Shown here in pieces: positions 1 to 10,901 of a stretch of 64,000 bases of DNA. The position numbers were made by a program, and so were the translations under genes. The notes beneath the pieces are model-generated. The model saw only the letters and a list, made by a program, of their open reading frames with translations, was not told the DNA's origin and made no database searches. Position 1 is the stretch's first letter. Each line of letters begins with the position of its first letter. This DNA comes from Lophium mytilinum (taxonomy: Eukaryota): assembly GCA_010093605.1 (NCBI GenBank), contig MU004195.1, forward strand, positions 62,001-126,000, in the 5' to 3' direction.

Positions 1-202
1 TATATTAAATATTTTATAAGTAAATTTATCTAGTTCTAGTATAGCTTAGTAGTTAGTATAGTGCTTCTATAGATTAAATTCTTAATATAATAAGCTTAAG
101 AAGCTTACATTGCAAGAATTTAATCTACGGAAGTACGGGGAGAAGGGGGTTAGTAGTACTCTTTTTATAGTTTAATTCCTAGCTAAACCGCTATCTTTTT
201 AC

Positions 203-493
203 TTAAATATTTATTAATCCTTACGCGCTTTTTATAGGTTAATAGCGTGCATGCGGGCTAATAGCGCGCTTAATTATAGCTAGATTACATTAGTAGATTT
301 AAGAGATTCGCGTACTAAAGAAAGTATAATAGCTAGAGGCGCGGACTATTTTTATGCTCTAGGCCTATATACCTTATTTAAACCGCGAATCTCTTAAATC
401 TACTAATGCAATCTAGCTATAATTAGGCACGCTGTCTACCTGTATTTACGCTGTTAACCTGTAAAAAGCATATAAGGATTAATAAATATTTAA
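203..493. repeat. ~110-bp imperfect inverted repeat (arms 203-312 and 384-493, 71-nt spacer)
   Basis: ttaaatatttattaatcctta...tagtagatttaagagattcgcg is the reverse complement of cgcgaatctcttaaatctacta...taaggattaataaatatttaa; mismatches are mostly transitions. Confidence 0.88.
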
Positions 494-959
494 TTAAGTT
501 GTTACCCTTAAGTAGATTTATAGTAAGGCTGCGCAGCCCTTCTATAGACTTTCTATTTCCTTATAATATACTCTTAGTAGCTACCGCCGGAGGACGTAGA
601 ATAGCTAATATTAGATAGATTAGAACGCGCTTTTAGATAGAATAAGATAGAATATATTATAATTAATTAGCTATAACTCCAGGTGGTAAATATATAGTAT
701 ATATATTAAAACTAGTATTTACGGCTAAAATATTAAAAAACCAGCCCCTTAACTCTAGCCCCTCTCGGGCGCCCTCTATTTACTTAGCGCATCTACTCTA
801 TAATCCTAAACTGCTATAACTCCTTTAAAAAGCGTTATATCTAGATTCTAAGATAATAGGGTTATTACTTAAGCTGCCGGCTATAATACTAGAAGATAGA
901 AAGCTATTATAAGGCGTAATAGTTAAATTAATAGGGTTATCTAGAGTATTTAAATAGCC

Positions 960-2800
960 GCCTAAATTTAATTCTTCTACTCTTTTTATATTATAGGCCA
1001 GGAGCCTCTTAATAAGCTATTACTTTCTAATAGCTATGCTAGGTAGGTTCCTCTTTTTATATAGTTTTAATAGAGTATTCTTTATAGCGCCCTTATATTA
1101 GCTCTAATTATATAGTATATTATCTCTATCTATAAATTTAAGCTTGTTATTATTAATATTAAGCTCCTATTTAATATATAGAGGTACCTCTAGCATATTC
1201 CTCTACCTAGAAAGGTTAAATTCTCTATAGGTAAACATTTTAATATAAATTTTATAGTCCTTACTACTATTAGCTAGTAGTAAGAGGCCTATATTCTTAA
1301 AGGCCTTAATTATAAGCTTAGGCCTAGCTATAAGCTTCTTCTACGCCTCTATAACTACTATAGTAGTAAGAATTCTCTTATTATATAGAACGTTATTCTT
1401 AGTATCCTCTTCTACCTTAATCTTCTTATTAATTCTATTATTAACTTCCTCTATAATCTACTTCTTAAAGGGCTTATTAATAGCCGTATTAAGGGGCTAT
1501 AGATAGTCTATGCAGCCTCCAGGAATTATTAATATAAACACCCGATTTTCTATAAGGAGATTTTTAATAGCCTTAGTCTTATAGAACGCCGCAGCATTAA
1601 GTAAAAAAAGAGACTCTAGCGGCTGCTTATTAGCGTTCTAATTAGCTAGAATATATACTCTCTTTATTTAATTATAGAATAGCGCCTTATTATTATAGGC
1701 GGTCTTATTAATATGCACTTCTACCCCTTTTATATATAAATCTTACTTATTTTTTAATATAGTTCTACCCTCTTTTAATAACCCCTTAAATATAAGTATA
1801 GAGTTATACCTAGCTACTCCATCTATATATATATAGAGGATTAGGGTGGCTTAGCGCTTATTATTACCTAACTTAACTACCTTAGAGGTAACCTTAACGG
1901 AGCCTATAAAGTTATAAGTATAGTAATTAACCTACTTAAAAGGAATAGAAGTTTTATCTATATTTATAATTCTTAAAAAATAAAACTATTACCTATATAT
2001 CTAGTAATCGGCGGCATTAATTTAGGCTAGTAGCCGGTCTATTATAGTGCTTTAGAAGGTGGCTAGTATATAAATTAGTTAAGTAATTTTCTAGTTAAAA
2101 AGCAACTAAGAAAGCACTTCTATCTATAGTAATTAGGGGGGTTTTAATACCTTCTTAGTTACTACCCTAAGAGAGATTCTAGAGCGTAATAGAAACTCTT
2201 AAAACTACCCCTAAGAGAAGGTCTAGGCGTACTAATTAGCTACTATAAGGGCTGGATATAGCTCCTTAAATATAGCCTTAGAATACCGTTAAAACTAATA
2301 TACTTAAACTTATAGCTTTCTTTCTCTTTTTTTAATAAATCTAGTATATAGTTATTATTCTAGATTATCCTATTTACTAAGCTAGATAGACCTAGCTACT
2401 ATATAGCTACTGCGTAGAGTACTAAAAAGGGCCTTTATTTATTTCTTCTAGAAGCCTATAGTACTAAGAGAAACCTTTTAAAAAGTAGCTACTTTATTAC
2501 CTATAGAAGGATAGTAGTTAGCTTCTAGCTACTATAGAAGTAAGCCCGGCTTAATATAGCCCCGCTTACCGGGCTATACTTCTATATAGTAGTAGTACTA
2601 CTAGGTAAGAATTTCTAGCTTTTTCCGTGTGCTAAAGGACCTTCTAGCCTTTTTAATAGGCTAAGTTTATTTAATAGAATAGTTCTTAATTAACTTTCTT
2701 TTAGGCCCTTTTAAAGGAGTTTCTAACTTATATAGGCGGATATAAGACCTTCTAGTAATAGTATTAGAATTAAGCTCTTTAAGAGGCATAGCGGCGAGAA
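960..2800 (-). pseudogene. RIP-inactivated pogo/Fot1-family (Tc1-mariner superfamily, DDE_1) transposase relic; ends approximate
   Basis: Minus-strand translation gives TFS*G*F (~2203-2222; FSxGW of CENP-B HTH), IINIDKTSIPF (1938-1970; NMDET), LFLLNAAAFYKT (~1575-1612; LDxxxxH) and IIPGGCIDYL*PLNTAINKPFK (1464-1529; LQPLD..NKPFK), with D>N, E>K and Q>stop changes typical of RIP. Confidence 0.85.
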
Positions 2801-3744
2801 GATATAGTAAAAATTAAGTAAATTAAAAGGAAATTAGTAGAGTTAAGTTATAAGAAATAGAAAAGGGGTTTATTATTATTTATATATCTATATACTAGTA
2901 GTATATTCCTCTAAAAGTAAATTTAATACTAAGGCTTTATAACTTAAAATAACTCTAAAATTAATAATTTTAAGTATAATTAATAGGAAATTATAAGCTT
3001 TACAACTCTTATTATATATATAATAGGAAAATACAACGTTTTAATAGTAAGGATGTTAGTGCTTATAGCAGCTGTAAAGAGATTCGGCTGCGATTTGATG
3101 CAATTATACTGCCACCGCCTTCCTCGCTTAGTAGCGCTGCCAAGCCTGGCGTTTGTATAATCTCAGTCAATACGGTAATCAAGGTACCATGTAGCTATCT
3201 ATATTGCTGATGCCTTTCCACGTCTTAGTTAGTTCAACTCCAATAAACCTTGTTAGCATCACAACTATTTCCATCGGACTTCAGACCCCGTCCCTAAAGA
3301 GGACAATAGCCGTAGGCTATTAATGGTACGGTTAGTCAGCGCGAGGATTCTGCACCTACAAGGGTTTTAGCAAGTCGGCCCCCACACACAGCGAGGCTAT
3401 GAACTTGTCTGCAGAACACCATGGATTTCTGCAACGTCATACCCCGTGGAGGCTGCCTCCTTCTGAGATACGAACAGCTTCATTGTGACACGAAGCGGAA
3501 ATCGACGCAGCGGCCAACGCTCGCCCCAGAGCGCAGCACGAGTTCGGCCAACGATAACCTCGAATGCCATTGGAGGATCTCTGATGACGACGGAAACGAG
3601 TCCGGAGGTTGCATGAACGACGAAGCATTTGCTCCATGCGGTCTATACGGTCATCTGCATAGCAGACATACTCTCCAGCCTATTGATGTGCCGAGACAGC
3701 TTTCTCCTGAACCGTACAGCGCGTAAGCTACCACGGCCAGTACC

Positions 3745-6700
3745 ATGGATCCCATAACGGCGGTTGGCTTAGCGTCAAGCGTTGTCCAGCTTGCAGATGC
3801 TGCATTCAAGATTGTCAAACTGCTGGACACCATCGTAGAAGGAGGCAAAGACCGACGGAAACTCTGCGATGAGTTCACGTTGCTGTGGATGACGCTCCGC
3901 AACCTGGAAATCCAATTCGCCCCGCTATCAGCAGACCAGAATGGACAATGGCTGAAGCCAATCGAATCGCTGGCCGCCCCTGGTGGCATTTTTGAGCAAA
4001 CCAGCGCAGCTATAAGCGATGTCTGGGGCCGACTAACGACAGCGAGCGACTCACGTCGGGCCAAATTGATACAAGCTATGAGATGGCCCTACGACCAAGA
4101 ACAAGTGGAAAAGATAGTCGCCCGAGTCGAACGTTTGAAGTCATCGCTGAGTATTGTTCTGAATCAGGCTCAAATTGCTCAAACCTACGAGATGCAAGAA
4201 GGGATATCGGAGATGGTCAGGAAGACGACTGATAGCGAGTTCAAGGAGATCCTCGACTGGCTATCTCCATTGAACTTTCGTCAGAAGCAAGAAAGTACGG
4301 TTGGCTCCCCTGGAACCGGAGGCTGGCTCTTCCAGGGTGCACAATTTCGTCGATGGGCTTTTGGCAAAGATCCTTGGTTGTGGTGCTATGGAGACCCCGG
4401 GGCAGGTAGGTCTGGCCGTCCCAAGGTTACGATTCTTGGTCTGACCGTTCCTAGGAAAAACTGTCATTGCATCGATGGCTGTAGATCATCTCAGAAAGCG
4501 CCATGAAGACAAGAACGCGATTGTCTTGATTGCGTTTTGTAGTTTCGACAACCCGACTACACAGTTCATAGAGCCACTCATTGCCAGCTTACTAAAGCAA
4601 GTTTTCCAATCCCGCGATTCTATTTCCAAACAGCTTCTTGAGCTCTATCAGAAGCACCGAAAAGACAGTACAAGTCCGACGCTATCTCAGCTGGTAGACG
4701 TCCTCGATGACGCCATCAGCCAGTACGACAAAGTTTTCATCATATTAGATGCCTTGGATGAACTCAGCGATGATGCGAAACGAGGACGACTTCTCGAGAC
4801 TTTTAGGAAATTTGAAAAATTCAAGGCCGCGAAAGGCAGTTATCCCCAGGTTATGGTGACTTCACGAAATCTAGACAGCATTGCTACCCGATTTGGAGAT
4901 ACCGCTGGCAGAATATCTTGCGATGGCTGCGGATGCAAGAGTCTCGAGGTCTATCATCACTGCGACGATTGTGAAGATTGGGATATCTGCGAAGATTGCC
5001 TTCAGAAGGGCATCGGATGCGGAAATATCGGGCACACGCTAACGAAGCAGTTCAGCAGCATTAACATAGAGATATCTGCCCACCCAGAGGACGTCAAAAG
5101 CTACGTGAACGAGAGGATTGAGATGGAGCCAGATCTCGCGCAATTTGTCAAAAAGACTCCGGGGCTCCGAGAGCGCATTTTGAAGACGGTCATTGCAAAA
5201 GCCAAAAAGATGTACGTCCGAGCATTATCTTGACCTACATAAAGCGATCAACCAAGCTAACTCACATAGGTTTCTTCTCGCAATGTTTCACATGAACGCT
5301 CTGGCTGATTGTGTTGATAAGAGAGACCTAGAAGAAGCACTGAAAAACCTGCCGAAAGAGATCAGCGGCATCTACGACCAAGCAATGACACGAATCGAGA
5401 AATTGACGCCAAACCGGCAAAGAGCGGTCAAGAAACTCTTCATGTGGGTGACCTACGCTGAGAGACCATTGAAGGTTGTCGAACTAGAACATGCGACCGC
5501 GATATCTCGCGGTGTAAGAGATATTCAGCGAGACCATATCCTCTCAGCAAAGGCACTCATGTCTCTCAGTGCCGGCATTGTTCACATTGACGAAGGCGGG
5601 AACGTAAGGCTTGTGCATGAAACTGCCGAAGGCTATTTCAAAGACCGGCGGGAAACGCTGTTCCCAGATGGAGAGGTTCAAATCGCGGAATGTTGCATTG
5701 CGTACCTCCAGCTGGATTCTTTCGAGGAAGGACCCTGCCAAGGGCCGGACGAATCAAATCTATATGAAGAGCGTTTGTTGCATCATCCTTTCCTCGGATA
5801 CGCCGCTCTGCATTGGGGCCACCATGCACGGAAATGCGATTCAGACCTTGTAACTCCGCAGGCTCTCATGTTTCTACGGAATAAACAATACCTGGCCTCT
5901 GCGGTCCAAGCTCTCTGGTACACAGATACCTGGTCCAGTGAGAGCTGGGACGTACTAGCGGGCGTCACTCCGCTTCACATTGCGTCCTTCTTCGGAGTTA
6001 ATAAGATCGTTACTCAACTGATCACCGAGGGTGCTGAAATCGATGCGCGAGACTCTCTAGGGACGACACCACTTGTCTATGCCGCCTCTAAAGCACGTCT
6101 AGATGTCGTCGAGACTCTTCTCTCTTCAGGTGCCTCTGCCAATACTGTTTGCTCCCGGGGATCGACGCCTTTGCTTAGAGCAACATCAGCAGGCCATGAA
6201 GATATTGTGCGCCGATTGCTCAAAGAAACGGATATAGCAATAAATCAGCTTTATGCCTCCCGGTCTAACAGGTCCGCTCTTATGATCACTGTATCGAATG
6301 GATTCGACAAAATCATGCGACTACTTCTTGAACGCTCTGATATCGATATAAATCTGGATACAGATAAGCCTGCAGGATGGTCGGCTATACACTTTGCAGT
6401 GGATGGACGAAATAACGCAGCCCTTGACATGCTAGTCAATGATCCCCGAACAAACATCAATGCCATGGACCGGGCATGGTATACACCTTTGGAATATGCA
6501 GCTTCTGAAGGCTTCATTCCGGAACTGCGGCTACTTCTCGATCACAATGCAGATCCTAACACACAAGACGATCAGGGAGGCCGGCCTATCCAGCGAGCCA
6601 TCGACTATGGTGAAACAGAGGCAGTCAAGTTGCTTCTCGACTACAATGTGGAGTGGGACTTTCGAGATATATTTGAGCGCACGATCATTCACGCAGCAGC

Positions 6701-7964
6701 TTGTAACAACCAATTCAGGACACTGCGCGTGATTCTTGAGAGGTGCAAAGGCCTTGATATCAACGCTCAAGGGTCGAGATCAGGAGAAACGGCACTCCAC
6801 GATGCCGCTCGTTCAGGTTTTATTAGGACTGTTCAGGTCCTCCTCGAGTTCGGGGCTCTTACCACGATCGAAAACCATGCGGGTCGAACACCTGTGAAAT
6901 CTGCGAAAGATGCTGGGAAAGACGCAGTCCTGGAATTGCTGCAAGTAGCTCGGAAGAAGGAAGAGGCCGAGGGTCGCATTCGCCCAGTCCACAAAGCCGA
7001 CACCTTCTCGGTAAGCAGCGAGCTACCCCTATGGATGGCGGTCCAAAAACACACCAGCGACGAACTTCGCGAACGCATCGCTCGCACCTCAGTTGCCGAG
7101 ATGGACCAGATCAGCCCAGACTCCGGCGACACAGCGTTGCATCTTGCCGTCCTAAAAGACCGGCCAGACGTGGTGGGGATGCTCCTCGATGCCGGCGCTG
7201 ACCCCAACATCCTCGACACGTTCGATCGCACTGCGCTCATTCTCGCGTGCCAAAACGGGGATATTGCGGCGGTCCGCCGTCTCGTTGACCATGGCGCCGA
7301 CCTCAACATCGCCATATTCCGCGAGCAGCCCGCATGGGAGATCGCGTTTACTTCTAACTACGCCAGTATCACGACGTACCTCCAAGCGCAGCCGTCCTGT
7401 GAGATTAAGTCGAATACTAGCACGTTGTTCATTTGTCTAGCGTGGGCTGCGTATGCGGGCAATCTAGAGGCGGCGAGGCGGCTTATTGAGGCAGGCGCGC
7501 CGGTGCATTTGAAGAGCTCGGAGGGCAAGACAGCAAGCCAGATCGCGAAGGACTACGGACATGAGGAAATGGAGCGATATCTTGTTGAGGAGGCGGCTAA
7601 GCAAAGATCGATGCCATCGCCACCGATCGTTCCCCCGCCGCCGGTTGTTCAGCCGCAGTCTGTCGTGCAAAAGGTGGACGTGAAGGTTGAACCGAAGGCC
7701 GCGCTGGATGTGGAAGCCGAGACATTACCACAAGTCAAAATGGACATACTTTCTGAGAAGAAATCCGTGGACGAGATTTCAACAGTCGACCATTTTTCAG
7801 AAGGTGCAAAACAAAGCGGTGGAGGCGGAGGTCTCGAAACTGTGCAACCGATAGCTCAAAGACGGAGTGAGCACACGAACACGGACCTTGCGAATAACCC
7901 TATCTTTTTGGGCATACTGGGGTTGGTCCTCCTGGCGACTTTGTGTAAAGTTTGGCTTGGATGA
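3745..7964 (+). CDS. Fungal NLR: N-terminal HeLo-like/SesA-like helical domain, NACHT (with inserted ZZ-type Zn finger), winged helix, ankyrin repeats, Pro-rich linker, hydrophobic C-terminus; ~1370 aa
   Basis: Exons 3745-4405, 4455-5211, 5270-7964 splice in frame. Splicing restores P-loop GDPGAGKT and KMFLLA. Walker B ILDALDE, VTSR, HPFLGYAALHWGHH and many TPLHxA/TALHxA ankyrin starts are present; the MDPITAVGLASSVVQL start is typical of fungal NLR N-termini. Confidence 0.92.
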
Positions 7965-9053
7965 TGAGTTTCATTTTGTCGCGGCGCTCGTCTTTCAGCG
8001 CTCTCGGGTTCATCTGGTCCGATGTATTTAAGTAGATATCCAGCATATTCAGAACTTGTATAACTCGTGCATTCAGTTTCATTGTCGGAGACGGTGACGG
8101 GCTTCAGAGCAAACTGCTGCCACGAGTGGTCGACTTTAGTCATCGCTTGGGGTTGCTCAATAGGTCAATAAGAATACAAATACGATGTAACAGTTGCGAA
8201 AGTAGAGATTAGACTACAGTTTGACTGGCGAACTCGCTGAGCTGGGACACTCCTCACTTACATATCCATATGTGTGAACCCATGGCGTCTGAAAGTTATG
8301 TAAAGATTGACTCACTAGACACTGGACTACCTCTCAACTGACTAGCTCTATACTACCTGGACTACCCCTAACAGCGATATCAAGTGAGGAAAAACAAGGC
8401 TAGAGAGGCGAAGTATTGCTCTGCCGGCGCAAACTATGTGGATTCCAAGTTTTTGGGCGTTATGTACACTTCACCAGGGAGGGAAACCAACACTCGTTAC
8501 CCGGCTACTGGTTATAAAGGTCTGCTCGATCGCATCGTAAAGTCTTTCATGAAACTGAGCTGCAATAGAGCAAGGTAGAGCAGCGCGAGCATCGAAGGAG
8601 CTGCTCTTGTGTGTCGCAGAGCTAGCATCGGGGAGTGTAGCAGAGGCGCATGTTTTCCGAGCAGTTCCAGGTGTAGCTCAAGCCTTTCAGACAATGGTGT
8701 TGAGCGAGCGATAAGGGAGCCTGCACAATGGGAGATACATTCAGATACCTAGATACTTACTATCACATGTCTTAGGGACATAGAGGTGGATGCAGTGGAT
8801 TGAGACTACGTTTTAGCTGACCGGCAAATCACATGCTAGCTGAGTCATCGCTCACTGTGGTATCGCGCGAGTAAAGGTACATCCATCCAGATCATTCACG
8901 TTTGTTCTTACTTGGGCTGAATGGGTTGTGTTTTGGGTACCTAAATAGACCGCATCATGGGCAGTCTAGACTAGGATGAAGATCTCAAACTGTGAGATCT
9001 AAAGAAAGAAAAAAGTTTACAAGAATCAGCTCCCGCTGTTGCTTCCACCGTTC

Positions 9054-9998
9054 CTAGAGAATGAAACGACCTATCGTAGACATTGGGAGCTGTAGCTCCC
9101 TGAGCAGCGCCATAATGTGCTGCATCACCTCATGATACTTCAACTCGTGCAGCCTAGCTCCCAAAACCCTCATCTCCGGGCTTACTTCCTGGCCAACCTG
9201 GAGCTGAAGCAAGCACTGATTAGCTAGCTCTTCGATCGGACCCAGCGCCGTGAAGCAGCTCTCGACCATAGCAATCTGCACGCGCGCCGCTGGTGGAAAC
9301 ATGGCGACGATGTCAGAGTATTTGTCGTTGGTGGTCGGACGGCCGGGGCGATGTTGAACTGGGTTCGAGTTGGTGAATTCTTGGCGGCAGATAGGGCATT
9401 TGCTCGCGTTCTCGGCCCCAGAGTTGATCCAGGTGTCCAAGCAGTCCCGCCCTAGTGTATGCTGGCAATAGGTCTTGACGGCGGGCTCCGCGCCGTCGTC
9501 GGCAAGTGGCTCATGGCAGATAGAGCAGCAAAAGCAACCGAGTGAGTGGTGAACACTGCACTCACGGGCATCCGGACCCAAACTTGAGACATTCACCGCC
9601 TGGCTGCTAGTCTCCACGGTGATGGGGGCTTTGAAGGGCTGGGCGTATGCTTGGGTCAAGTTGTGCTTCCAGGTGAAGATAGCGACCGCCAAGCCGACAA
9701 CTTCGTTGAAGAACTCGTCCCAGCCGTCGCTCGTTTCTTCTCGCGTGAGATCGAGCATGAAGCGGTATTGCTCGGGGAGCTGGGCTCGCAGGTATTCGGT
9801 CGTGTAGATGGATTTAGCGATGGAGTACCGCGAGTGCTTGTAGCCTTGCTGCGAGTCGGGTTGCCATTCGGTGCGCGGCACGTCGCGTGTTAAGTGAAGG
9901 ATTTTGGTGCCAATGAAGCGGATTGCGATAGCGAAAGGGTCGGGTCCCGCGAATAGAGCTTCGATAAAGCGCTCGGAGTCCGGTTCTGCGATCGACAT
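9054..9998 (-). CDS. RING-finger protein (C3HGC3/San1-type), putative E3 ubiquitin ligase, 314 aa, intronless
   Basis: CSICHEP...CQHTLGRDCLDTW...CPICR. Confidence 0.8.
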   Translation of the reverse strand: MSIAEPDSERFIEALFAGPDPFAIAIRFIGTKILHLTRDVPRTEWQPDSQQGYKHSRYSIAKSIYTTEYLRAQLPEQYRFMLDLTREETSDGWDEFFNEVVGLAVAIFTWKHNLTQAYAQPFKAPITVETSSQAVNVSSLGPDARECSVHHSLGCFCCSICHEPLADDGAEPAVKTYCQHTLGRDCLDTWINSGAENASKCPICRQEFTNSNPVQHRPGRPTTNDKYSDIVAMFPPAARVQIAMVESCFTALGPIEELANQCLLQLQVGQEVSPEMRVLGARLHELKYHEVMQHIMALLRELQLPMSTIGRFIL

Positions 9999-10901
9999 AA
10001 TGAATGCTTGGTGGTAGCTTGTTGCGATTGTTCTGGTGTGATGGATTTGCTGTGGTGGTTTTAGTGGGGCTTTGAGAAGGTCTGTTTCGGCGAAGGTGGA
10101 AGAATGATTCTTAGGACTGGTAACCAGCGGCGGTGACGAAAAAACGGAGACATTACCTGCCTGTTATATGTACCGCTAATACCCGCGCGACGTGAATCCA
10201 CCCTGGGGGTGGATCTAAGATGTGTTGGTTTACTCGCCATAATGATTGTCGACATGTAACGATATTGTGCAATATAGACTTGGAGAGAGGATGAAAGAAA
10301 CACGTTCGCCATTGTGCAGAAGTAACTTGCACGCGCATGGTTCTTGCAAGATCGTACCAGGCCATAGGTTCCTGCGCACGGGGATACTACTGGGCTGGAC
10401 TTAGGTACTCTTGCCCGTTTGACCACTGCAAGGAGTAGCCCAGCAATGAGGCTCGAACAGTCAAAGATTAGCTTAGATTCCCGCTTTGTGTAATATGATA
10501 TCGCGCCTGGCTTTTGGTTGACCCATGGGGGCACTCCAAGCAGTCGCAAACCAGTGTGCAGCGACTAATCTGAACACACAGATATCGCACTACTTGAGTG
10601 CGACATTTGGAAGCTAGACACCACTGTAAGGAGGACCCCTGTTGGAAAATGTTGAGTCGGTTATCATATTGCCTAACTCCCACTGGATCGACTGAGAAGA
10701 AGCGCATTGAAGATCGAAAAGCCTACAGGGGTACCCCAGGCAGTGGCAGAAAACTAGTACTATGCATAACTTCACATCAAGAATATACTACCGGTTTCGC
10801 GATATAAGTCATCGGGGTCCATCTGAACACCACAACGAAATTCAATATAACAAACGCTTACGTATGCCTTTCGCTAATTCCAAAAGCTAGAGCATCTTTG
10901 C

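Larger units (their letters stand above)
1..3055. mobile_element. AT-rich RIP-mutated repeat block (degenerate transposon DNA), truncated by window start
   Basis: Very AT-rich, TpA strongly enriched, CpA/TpG almost absent, no ORFs in the track; abrupt return to normal composition near 3050-3070. Confidence 0.92.

Noticed and set aside
3060..3744. ORF 3421-3726 as an amyloid-motif or effector partner of the NLR
   Set aside because: No N/Q/G-rich pseudo-repeat or recognisable domain; most likely promoter or 5'UTR.
1..10000. Starship or other giant-element boundary
   Set aside because: No tyrosine-recombinase captain or DUF3723-like gene visible; only a pogo-type relic.
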